A DNA stretch of 64,000 nucleotides from Chiloscyllium plagiosum (taxonomy: Eukaryota). This document shows, piece by piece, positions 10,980-21,591 of this stretch (its first letter is position 1; the number at the start of each line of letters is the position of its first letter). The stretch spans positions 6,938 to 70,937 of the forward strand of contig NW_025215226.1 of NCBI RefSeq assembly GCF_004010195.1, written 5' to 3'. The position numbers were made by a program, and so were the translations under genes. Under the pieces are notes generated by a model, which ran no database searches, was not told the origin of the DNA, and worked only from the letters and a program-made list of their open reading frames with translations.

Positions 10980-12920
10980 ACCTACACACCAAGATCCCGC
11001 TGTTCCTCCACACTGCCAAGAATCCTGTCTTTAATCCTATACTCAAATTTCAAGTTCGACCTTCCAAAATGCATCACCTCGCATTTATCGAGGTTAAACT
11101 CCTTCTGCCACCTTTTAGCCCAACTCTGCATTCTGTCAATGTCACACTGCAGCCTACAATAGCCCTCGATACTGTCAAAGACACCTCCAATCTTTGTGTC
11201 GTCTGCAAACTTGCTAACCCATCCTTCAATCTCCCCATCCAAATCATTATTAAAAATTACAAAGATTAGAGGCCAAAGAACAGAGCCCTGTGGAACACCA
11301 CTCACCACTGACTTCCAGGCAGAATGCTTTCCTTCAACAACCACTCGCTGTCTTTTGTCGACCAGCCAATTCTGTATCAGACAGCTAAATTTCCCTGTAT
11401 CCTATTCCTCCTGACCTTCTGAACGAGCCGACCATAAGGAACCTTATCAAATGCCTTGCTGAAGTCCACATACACCACATCCACAGCTCTACCCTCAACA
11501 ACGTGTCTAGTAACATCCTCAAAGAGCTCAATAAGTTTGAGCCGTGCTGACTGCATTTCATCAAGCCATGCTCTTCCATATAGTCATAAATCCTATCCAT
11601 CAGAGTCCTTTCTAACACCTTTCAGACGACAGACGCAAGACTGACTGGTCTGTAATTGTCGGGGATTTCCCTATTTCCGTTCTTGAAGAGAAGAATTACA
11701 TTTGCCTCCCTCCAGTCTTCAGGTATGACTCCGGTGGAGAGCGAGGATGCAAAGATCTTTACAAGCGGCGAAGCAATCACATTTCTCGCTTCCCAAAGCA
11801 GCCGAGGACAAATCTGGTCTGGCCCTGGCGACTAGACAATCTTAATATTTCTCAAAATTATCAGCACATCAGCTTCCTCAATCTTTATCCGTTGCAGCAT
11901 GCTTACCTTCTCCTCAATGGTTTCATTTACTACAAGGTCCTTTTCATTAGTAAAGACAGAAGCAAAAAACACATCTAGGGCTTCCCCTACCTCCTCAGAC
12001 TCGATACACAAGTTCCCTATGCTATCTCCGAGCGGCCCTACTCTTTCTTTGATCATTCTCGTATTCCTCACATACGTGTAAAATGCCCTTGGATTCTCCC
12101 TAATCCTTCCTGCCAAGCTTTTTTTGTGTCCCCTCCTGGCTCTCCTCAGACCATTTTGAACTCCTTCCTCGCCTGATTGTAATCCTCTAGAGCTGAGCAA
12201 GACCCTTGCTTCCTCCACCTTACGTAAGCTGCCTTCTTTCTTTTGATGAGAAGCTCGTCCGTTCTCGTCATCCAAGGTTCCTTTATCTAACCCCTTCTTG
12301 CCTGTCTCATTTATGCATCACTCGCAATAACTGTTCTTAAACAGATTCCACATGTCTATCGTGCCCTTTCCATGGAGCAATTGCTCCCAGTCCATGCTTC
12401 CCAACTCTCGGCTGATAGCATCATAGTTTCCTTTTCCCCAATTAAATATCCTCCCATTGTGCCTGCTTCTCTCCTTCTCCATAGCTATGTAGAATGTTAG
12501 GCACTTGTGGTCACTATCATCTAAATGCTCTCCCACTGCAAGATCTGACAGCTGCGCCGGTCATTGCGGAGCACCAAATCCAAAATGGCCTCTCCACTCG
12601 TCGGCCTTTCAACGTACTGAGTTAGGAAACCCTCCTGAACACACCTTACAAAAACAGCTCCTTCCAAACCATCTGCTCGAAGGAGTTTCCAAACAATTTT
12701 GGGAAAGTTAAAGTCACCCATTATAACTACACTACTCCATTCAACTCTTTTCCAAAATCTGCTGACCAAAACTTACTTCAATCTTCGTGCTGTTTTTTTG
12801 GGGNNNNNNNNNNNNNNNNNNNNNNNNNNNNNTGTTTCTAATTTCCACCCATACTGACTCAGTAGGCAGACCGTCCTCGACAATGGTAACTTCTGTAGCT
12901 CTGATACCCTCTCTGATTTC
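10980..12920 (-). mobile_element. CR1 LINE copy A, 5' part (APE C-terminus, linker, RT), frameshifted
   Basis: SGVPQGSVLWPLIF...SKFADDTKIG (10982..11344), SQHG, GDFNFP, GEHLDDSDH and ESVWVEIRN. Confidence 0.96.
12804..12832. other. Assembly gap
   Basis: Run of N. Confidence 1.
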
Positions 12921-12959
12921 CTTTCTGAATTCCTTGTATGTGGTGTCCCTCAAGGGTTG

Positions 12960-13232
12960 GCCAGCACGGTGGCTCAGTGGTGAGCACTGCTGCTTCACGG
13001 CACCAGGGTGCTAGTGTCTGCGTGGGTTTTCTCGGGGTGCTCCGGTTTCTTCCCACAGTCCAAAGATGTGCAGGTTAGGTGAAATGACCATCCTAAATTG
13101 CCCGTAGTGTTAGGTGCATTAATCAGGGGTAAATGTATGGGAATGGGTCTGGGTGGGTTCCTCTTCGGAGGGTCAGTGTGGACTTGTTGGTCCGAAGGGC
13201 CTGTTTCCACACTGCAGGGAATCTAAGGATCT
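12960..13232 (+). mobile_element. HE1-like V-SINE with internal deletion (B box lost)
   Basis: GCACGGTGGCTCAGTGG head joined directly to GTGTCTGCGTGGGTTTT...CCCACAGTCCAAAGATGTGCAGGTTAGG. Tail CCGAAGGGCCTGTTTCC. Confidence 0.9.
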
Positions 13233-13234
13233 AT

Positions 13235-13730
13235 CCTTGGCCCATCCTGTATCTCACCTGCATACTGTCAGGAGATGACACCATCGAAAAATACTGTGTT
13301 GGGTTTCACATGTACACTGACAATGCCCAGTACTCTCTGGCCATCATCCCTCACCACTGCTCCACTGTTACGCAGTTATCAAACTGCTAACCATGCTCCC
13401 ACTACTCGATTAGCTGCAATTTCCTCCAATGAAACATTGTAATTGTTAAACCCATTGCCTTCAGTTGCTATTACAAATACCTTTCCCTTACTGCTGAGCC
13501 CCACCATCTCACTGAGAAATGCCTGAGGAAGCACTACACTCTTCACAATATTGCTGTCATATCTGACGCCAAGGTGACCTTCTGATCAGACATCTACACA
13601 ATCACAAGCACCAGGAATTCCAATCTCTAAATTGTTGCTTATTTCTCCCTCACCCCAGCGCCATTGCTACTGAAACGCCTTGCCCGTGCTGGTGTTGCCT
13701 TAAACTTGATGAATCTGAAGCAGAACCCTT
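13235..13730 (+). mobile_element. Ancient L2-clade LINE RT fragment
   Basis: DTIEKYCVGFHMYTDNAQYSL resembles the L2-type motif DIIRKH..FHxYADDTQLYL, followed by decayed downstream motifs. Confidence 0.65.
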
Positions 13731-14899
13731 GATTCCGTGACTGACTCAGAATATGCTAGCTTTCTGTGTTTCCTGCACAATTACCCCCAGTCCCTTTGTG
13801 GCGCAGCTTTCTACAGTTTCCACCATTTTAAATAGTAACTCTGTTCTTTTACTATCACCTCAAAAACTACCAACGTCCCATTTTCCCAACTTATACTCCA
13901 TCTGGCAACTTGGTGCCCCCTTCTCCTGTGCATCTCTCTCTATTCACAATCCTCTTCGAACTTTACAGTTATGCCTTTTCTGGCAGATTTACGCCCCCCC
14001 CACCCACCCCTTCCCCAATTCTTCTAAATGTTTACTAGGAGTCCTCGGCAGTGGGAAGCATGCACAGTTGCTCTCCTTTTAGGGATACTCTTTTGAATGA
14101 CTGGGAGAAGCTTGTTCCCCATTGGTCAGAATGGAGACTATTTACCCCTGAAGTGCGTGAGCCTTTCACACCCCATTGCTTATTGATGAGGCACAGCGGC
14201 AGCACGGAAGGAAAGAAAAGGAAGCAAATCCTGCTCTCCACATCTCACTGAATCTTGGAACATTCCATCTCATGTGTAAAAGATCTGCTATGTTCAGTCA
14301 CATGAAGTCCCAAGGTGGAAATTCTTCGAAACCCACGTAGATTTCCCCCTGAATTGATTGCTGACCTCCACAAGGGGTAATGTGTACAGTCATCCTGGGC
14401 CAGGAGGAAAGGATAGTGAGAGTTTCTAACCTGAACTGACAGTGACGGATTTTATACACTTGTATTACAGGATACTACAGGTGGACATTCAGATGGTAAT
14501 CTCAGTAATTGTAATGTCAAACTCTGATTGAATTACTCAATTCATCAGGACCCGGATACTTGAATTATCTGTGAGTGTTGTGTTCCAGCTCAATCCCATT
14601 TATTGCATGAAAGTTCTCCTTTGAATCAGACCATTTTCTCAATAGATCTCCCCTAAATCTTCAACGTGTCATGTAATCCTTTAATAATGAGCTGATGGGT
14701 GTAAGGTTAATTATTATAACGTGTAACCTTTGTAAACCCCTCTCTCACAGGGTACCCTCAATTTCCTTTGCTACAAGGAGAACAATCTCAGTTTCTCCAA
14801 ACCCCTGATTCTCCAATGTCTGTTTGCTTTCTATAAGATACACATCAGGATTGTGTTGGAACATTCTCCACTTGCCTCCATCAGTGCAACTTCCAACAA

Positions 14900-15140
14900 T
14901 ATTAAATAAAGTGAACACCGTCCAGGACAAGACACTGTGTCTGAGTGGTGTCCCATCCACCACCTTTAACATTCCCTCTCCCCACCCCTGAGATACAGTG
15001 GCATCACTGTGTAAAAGGTAAAGTCAGCATTGTCCGACCAGACCATAGGGATGATCTCTCATCAGGGAGAGATGTGTGGTAGTGGTTTAACCTGAAGGTT
15101 ACCGCAGACCAGGAAACGGGGGAGGTTGGGAAGGAGAGTC
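14900..15140. mobile_element. Short interspersed-repeat fragments (LINE piece plus SINE-like piece)
   Basis: ACACCGTCCAGGACAAG...CCATCCACCACCTTTAACATT and GACCATAGGG...GTGGTTTAACCTGAAGGT resemble common shark repeats as I recall them. Family not determined. Confidence 0.4.
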
Positions 15141-15418
15141 TATCTATTGTTGATCGATATTCTGTATGTATCAGCAACACCGATATCATACCAATGAATA
15201 ATGTAAAAAAATCCAAAGCACACTACTAAAATCCCCCATTCTTAAACCATCCTGGTAAATCTCCTGTGCCCCCTCTCAGGGTCCCTACCATTCTTCCCAA
15301 TGTGTGGGCGATCTCTGGTTTGCACAGAGCCAGCTGCTCTGTGTTCCTGTGGGTGATGTCATCATCGAAAAACAGTTGCACTAACCTCACTCTCTGTAAG
15401 GGTGCGAGACACAGAAAT

Positions 15419-16230
15419 NNNNNNNNNNNNNNNNNNNNNNNNNNNNNNNNNNNNNNNNNNNNNNNNNNNNNNNNNNNNNNNNNNNNNNNNNNNNNNNNNN
15501 NNNNNNNNNNNNNNNNNNNNNNNNNNNNNNNNNNNNNNNNNNNNNNNNNNNNNNNNNNNNNNNNNNNNNNNNNNNNNNNNNNNNNNNNNNNNNNNNNNNN
15601 NNNNNNNNNNNNNNNNNNNNNNNNNNNNNNNNNNNNNNNNNNNNNNNNNNNNNNNNNNNNNNNNNNNNNNNNNNNNNNNNNNNNNNNNNNNNNNNNNNNN
15701 NNNNNNNNNNNNNNNNNNNNNNNNNNNNNNNNNNNNNNNNNNNNNNNNNNNNNNNNNNNNNNNNNNNNNNNNNNNNNNNNNNNNNNNNNNNNNNNNNNNN
15801 NNNNNNNNNNNNNNNNNNNNNNNNNNNNNNNNNNNNNNNNNNNNNNNNNNNNNNNNNNNNNNNNNNNNNNNNNNNNNNNNNNNNNNNNNNNNNNNNNNNN
15901 NNNNNNNNNNNNNNNNNNNNNNNNNNNNNNNNNNNNNNNNNNNNNNNNNNNNNNNNNNNNNNNNNNNNNNNNNNNNNNNNNNNNNNNNNNNNNNNNNNNN
16001 NNNNNNNNNNNNNNNNNNNNNNNNNNNNNNNNNNNNNNNNNNNNNNNNNNNNNNNNNNNNNNNNNNNNNNNNNNNNNNNNNNNNNNNNNNNNNNNNNNNN
16101 NNNNNNNNNNNNNNNNNNNNNNNNNNNNNNNNNNNNNNNNNNNNNNNNNNNNNNNNNNNNNNNNNNNNNNNNNNNNNNNNNNNNNNNNNNNNNNNNNNNN
16201 NNNNNNNNNNNNNNNNNNNNNNNNNNNNNN
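15419..16230. other. Assembly gap
   Basis: Run of N. Confidence 1.
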
Positions 16231-16239
16231 GGGATATGA

Positions 16240-16420
16240 CAGGCCACATTTGAAACCAGGTCAGAAAAGGTGACATTAGAATCAATGACACATGAATGAT
16301 CAATGTGTTTGGGAGGAAAGTGAGATGGAGAGTTTTAGGAGGACATTCTGGAGCTTGGCGCAGGAATCTGAAATGGCCATCGTCAAATGAGGAATAAAAA
16401 TGGGGAATCCTCAAGGCTGC
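16240..16420 (-). mobile_element. Probable L2 LINE 3' fragment
   Basis: GAGATGGAGAGTTTTAGGAGGACATTCTGGAGCTTGGCGC is the antisense of an AP.L.N.L-type L2 C-terminal motif. Confidence 0.45.
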
Positions 16421-16454
16421 AATCAAAGAAAGGTACATATAGCCGTCCAATACC

Positions 16455-17255
16455 GCCCCGAGCCAGACCCTCACCACCCTGCACACACTGCCGACAGTCT
16501 GACCCACACTGCTGTTCCCACACTACCCTCTGCCTGACCATCACTGCTGCCCACACGCCGCTCCCAGTCTGACCCTCTCTGCCATCCATACACCTCCGCC
16601 AGCCTGACCCTCAACGCCATCCAACACTGCCCCCAGTCTGACCCTAACTGCCGTCCACACACCACCCCTAGCCTGTCACTCACTACCATCCACATTGCCC
16701 CCGGATGACACTCACGGCCGTCCACACACCGCCGCCAGCCTGACCCTCAAAGCCATCCAACACTATCCCCAGCCTGACTACGACCACCGCCCACACATCG
16801 TCCCCAGTCTGACCCTCACNNNNNNNNNNNNNNNNNNNNNNNNNNNNNNNNNNNNNNNNNNNNNNNNNNNNNNNNNNNNNNNNNNNNNNNNNNNNNNNNN
16901 NNNNNNNNNNNNNNNNNNNNNNNNNNNNNNNNNNNNNNNNNNNNNNNNNNNNNNNNNNNNNNNNNNNNNNNNNNNNNNNNNNNNNNNNNNNNNNNNNNNN
17001 NNNNNNNNNNNNNNNNNNNNNNNNNNNNNNNNNNNNNNNNNNNNNNNNNCCCAGAGTGACCTTCACTGCCGTCCACACACCGCCTCCAGCCTGACCCTCA
17101 CCGCCGTCCACACACTGCCTCCAGCCTGACCTCACCACCGTCCACACACCGCCCACAGCATGCCCGTCACCGCCGTCAACACATGACCCCCCAGCCTGTC
17201 CCTCACCGCCGTCCACACGCAGTCCCCAGCCTGACCCTCACCGCTGTCCACATTG
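16455..17255. repeat. 35-bp C-rich minisatellite spanning a gap (N at 16820-17049)
   Basis: Unit approx. CCAGCCTGACCCTCACCGCCGTCCACACACTGCCT, e.g. CCAGCCTGAC at 17086 and 17121. Confidence 0.93.
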
Positions 17256-17285
17256 TAATGCAGTCCACACCACACCCACCACACT

Positions 17286-18515
17286 GTAATGCAGTCACAA
17301 ACTACACGACTTTACTGACTCCACACGGTCCTAATTTGAAGACTATCCTCTTTGGTTTTCCCCTTTCACTGAAGATATTTCTATACCTTTTATACTTCAC
17401 TGCCATTCGGGTTACAGTGCTGCCTATCTCTCCATGTCTCATTTATCTTCATTCCTTTTTAAAGATACTTCAACCAACAGACACACAAAGTTCCAGAAAA
17501 ATCTTTATTTAATTGCAGATGCATTATTTTATTTTATTTGTGCACAACACACAATTTGAACGCACAGAGGTTCAGTGTGGGATTTTAGAAACCCTTCATT
17601 TTGGGATGAGGCCTAGCCAGGCAGGATTCTGATCCAACGCTGCAAATCTACTATTCAGTGGCTGAGCTCTTTCAGGTTTTGTATATTATGATCCTCTCAT
17701 ATATTAGGCAGACCTTACTGGAATGTCACATTATCTCTCCACATTCGCTGCAAATTCGGTGGATTTGCATTTTAATCACCTTCGAAGAGCTGTCTCCATT
17801 TCCTATCTTTGCTAGCATCAATGAATGGATGATTCATTGTCCCCTCCCTTCCTGAAACTAATCAGTCAGGCAGACACCTTAGATTTGCCCACAGCCACCA
17901 TTTTATATCAGGACAGCGATGACATTGAGTTTATAAATAAGGAAAAGCAAGAGAAGCTGGCAACATCAATGCAGTTTGAAAATATTTAACATTGAACACG
18001 CACACAGAATCACACACAAACAGACATATACAGACACAGAATCACACACACAGAGATACAGACACCTTCAAAGAGCTGTCTCCATTTCCTATCTTGCAAG
18101 GGAATTCATGTTTTGATGATGCATTCATGCAGGACAGTAAACAGCTTTTGAGACTTTCCTCATTGTGACAGAAATTCAACCCCAGTCTGAAACTTGGAGA
18201 TATGGAACAGAATAGAAATGAAACAGCAGCTTTCTGTGTTCCTTTTCCCAATGTAACATTTGACCAAACAGTTTATCTTGTCTTCAGTCTAACATTCAAC
18301 TAGGATTATTTCAAAGATCCAATAACAAATACCCAGGAGTGAGGGACAGACTGGAATCAAATCGAGATGTTCAGGGATTAGAGACAGCATACAAGATACC
18401 GAGGAGTGATGGACAGACTGGAATCTAATCGAGGGGATTATGGTTTATATACAGCATATCAGATCCCAAGGGGTGAGGGACAGACTGGAATGTAATCGAG
18501 GAGTTAATGGTTTAT
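17286..18515 (+). repeat. Segmental duplication, copy 1
   Basis: Colinear with 19966-21280 from GTAATGCAGTCACAAACTA onward, with small indels. Confidence 0.95.
18330..18515. repeat. 70-bp satellite, ~3 diverged units
   Basis: ACAGACTGGAATCTAATCGAGG motif, same family as 19350-19850. Confidence 0.85.
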
Positions 18516-18802
18516 AGACTTTGTCTATTTATCCTATCCATGCCCCTCATGATTTTATAAACCTCGATAAAGTCACCCCTCAGCCTCTGATTATCCAGGA
18601 AAACAGCCCCAGCCTATTCAGCCTCTCCCTGTAGCTCAAATCCTCCAACCCTGGCAGCCTCCTTGTAAATCTTTTCTGAACCCTTTCAAGTTTCACAACA
18701 GCGTCCCGATAGGAAGGAGATCAGAATTGCACGCAATATTCTAACAGTGGCCTAACCAATGTCCTGTCCAGCCGCAATATGACCTCTCAATGCCTATACT
18801 CA
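18516..18802 (-). mobile_element. Internal CR1 ORF2 fragment lacking its 3' end
   Basis: Antisense of LVRPLLEYCVQF..LERVQKRFTRRLPGLE...RGDFIEVYKIMRGMDRINRQS. Confidence 0.92.
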
Positions 18803-19149
18803 GAAGACGCAGAGTTAAACTCAGTTTAAACTCTCTCCATCACACCCACACCCACACATAGAAACTGAATATAATGTGGAGAAATGTCCATGTGCAGCAC
18901 AGATTTCCAAACTAACTCAGTGACAGACGAAAACCCCGTTCTCTGCTCAGTCCCCTCTTCCAGACCCAGGGAGGTTTTGTCCCTGACCCAGGGCAGGTTT
19001 CTGACTGGATATTATTACATTGCAACATGAAGGTACTGAGTGTAGCAGTTTGCTACATCCCATCATGTCATCTACTTTTCTATCAGTGTTTTGTGAATTA
19101 TATTGAAAACATTGGCAGGTGCAAGAGAATATTCTGGAACGCGATTTAC

Positions 19150-19330
19150 AGTAAGAATAGAAAAAACACAATGTTTCTTTGCAAAATGGTAAGAAATACT
19201 GAAACAGTAATGTTCAGAGACTACGGCTGGTCTTGTACATAAACATCAGAAAGTTAACATGATCGTACAGCCAGCAGATAGGAGGACCCGTGATACATTG
19301 ATCATTATTGAGATTAGATTGTGCTGGGAA
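19150..19330 (+). mobile_element. Ancient CR1 fragment
   Basis: Degenerate VQRD..LVH...KVNM.VQ.A.R motif. Confidence 0.5.
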
Positions 19331-19349
19331 CATGAGCTTAACATGACAG

Positions 19350-19850
19350 GAGGTGGAATCAAATCGAGGGGTTCAGGGTGGTTTATATAAAGAATAACAT
19401 TTACCCCAGAGTGAGATGCAGACTGGAATGTAATCGAGAGGTTCAGGGTGGTTTATGTACAGAATACCAGATAGCCCGGAGAGAGTAAAGGCCTGGAATG
19501 TAATCAAGGTTTTCAGGGTAGTTAATATACAGAATAACAGATAACCCGGAGTGAGTTACAGGCTGGAATCTAATCGAGACGTTCACAGAGGTTAATACAC
19601 AGAATAACAGATAGCCTGGAGTGAGTTCCAGACTGGAATCGAAACATCGGGTTCAGGGTGGTTTATCCACAGAATAACAGGTACCTCGGACTGACTTTCA
19701 GCTTGGAATCTAATCGAGGTGTTCAGGGTGTCTTATGTACAGATTAACAGATACCCCGGAGTAAGTTACAGCCTGGAATCTAAACGAGCGGTTTAGGGTG
19801 TCCTATGTACAAAATAACAGATAGCCTGGAGTGAGTTACAGCCTGGAATA
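19350..19850. repeat. 70-bp tandem satellite, ~7 units
   Basis: AGAATA(A)CA motif and variants at 19391, 19461, 19531, 19601, 19671, 19741 and 19811. Unit approx. AGAATAACAGATACCCCGGAGTGAGTTACAGACTGGAATCTAATCGAGGGGTTCAGGGTGGTTTATATAC. Confidence 0.97.
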
Positions 19851-19965
19851 TCATGGAGGGATATGTGAAGCTTTTTATGTGGAATGACTTGTAACTGGGA
19901 ATGAGTCGAATGAGTCACAAAGTGGACTAGAGGCCAAGTGGTTTCAAATCTTGACTCACACAAAC

Positions 19966-21280
19966 GTAATGCAGTCACAAACTATACGATTTTACTGACT
20001 CCCAACGGTCCTAGTTTGAGGACTATCCTTCTCTGTTTTTTTCCCGTTCACTGAAGATATCAATATACCTTTTATAATGCACTGCCATTCTGGTTACAGT
20101 GCTGCCTATCTCTCACTGTCTCACTTATCTTCATTCCTTTTGAAAGATACTTAAACCAACAGATACACAAATTTCCAGAAGGAGCTTTGTTTAATAGCAG
20201 GTGCTTTATTTTCATTTATTTGTAGACAACACACAAGTTGAACCCACAGAAGGTCAGTGTGGGATTTGAGAAACCCTTGAATTTGGGATGAGGCCGAGCC
20301 AGGCAGGATTCTTATCCAATGCTGCGAAACTACAATTCAGTGGCTGAGCTATTTCAGGTTTTGTATATGATGTTTCTCTCATATATTAGGAGCTTGGAAA
20401 GTATTGCAGACCTTACTGGAATGTCACATTGTCTCTCCGCATTCACTGCAAACAGGTTCGGGGATTTGCATTTTAATCACCTTCAAAGAGCTGTCTCCAT
20501 TTCCTATCTCTGCTAGTATCAATGAATGGAAATGGCTTTTGACACATTGCCCCCTCTCCCTTGCTGAAATTATTCCTGACACAAATCAGTCAGCAGACAT
20601 CTTAGATTTGTCGACAGCCAACATTTTATATCAGCACAGCGATGGCATTGACTTTATAAATAAGGAAAAGCAAGAGAGACTGGCAACATCAATACAGTTT
20701 GAAAACGTTTAACATTGAACACGCACACAGAATCACACACAAACAGACATACACAGAGACACAGAATCACACACACAGAGATACAGACACCTTCCAGGAG
20801 CTGTCTCCATTTCCTATCTTGCAAGGGAATTCATGTTTTGATGATGCATTCATGCAGAACAGTAAACAGCTTTTGAGACTTTCCCCATTGTGACTGAAAT
20901 TCAACCCCAGTCTGAAACGTGGAGATATGGAACAGAATAGAAATGAAACAGCAGCTTTCTGTGTTCCTGCTCCCAATGTAACATTTTACAATTTAGTTTA
21001 TCTTATCTTCTATCTAACATCCAACAAGGATCACTTCACAGATCCAAAAAAAGATCCCCAGGAGCGAGGGACAGACTGCAATCAAATCGAGTGGTTTAGG
21101 ATTTATATACAGAATAACAGATACACAGGAATGAGGGACAGACTGGAATCTAATCGAGGGGTTCCAGGTGGTGTATATACAGCATCCCAGATACCCAGGA
21201 GTGAGTTACAGACTGGAATCTAATCCAGGGGTTTGTGGTGGTTTCCATACAGAATAACAGATATCCGAGAGTGAGTCACA
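19966..21280 (+). repeat. Segmental duplication, copy 2, ending in 70-bp satellite units (21060-21280)
   Basis: Colinear with 17286-18515. ORFs 18042..18251 and 20767..20976 are near-identical. Confidence 0.95.
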
Positions 21281-21288
21281 AAATCGCG

Positions 21289-21591
21289 GAGTCATACAGT
21301 CATAGAGATGTACAGCACGGAAATAGACGCTTTGGTGCAACCCGTCCATCCCGACCAGATATCCTAACCTACTCTCGTCTTTTTTTCAAGCACTTGGCCC
21401 ATATCCCTCCAAACCTTCCCATTAATATACCAATCGAGCTGCATTTTAAATGTTGCAATTGTACCAGCCTCCACCACTTCCTCTGACAGCTCATTCCATT
21501 CATGTACCACACTCTGAGTGAACACGTTACCCCTGAGGTCTCTTTCATATCTTTCCCCCTCACACTAAACCTATGCGATCTAGTTCTGGAC
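21289..21591 (-). mobile_element. CR1/HER1 3' end
   Basis: GTCATAGAGATGTACAGCACGGAAA...AATGTTGCAATTGTACCAGCCTCCACCAC...GTTCTGGAC, homologous to 3340-3635. Confidence 0.92.

Noticed and set aside
15266..17216. Long ORFs containing X runs (also at 61296-62428)
   Set aside because: Artefacts of reading through N gaps.
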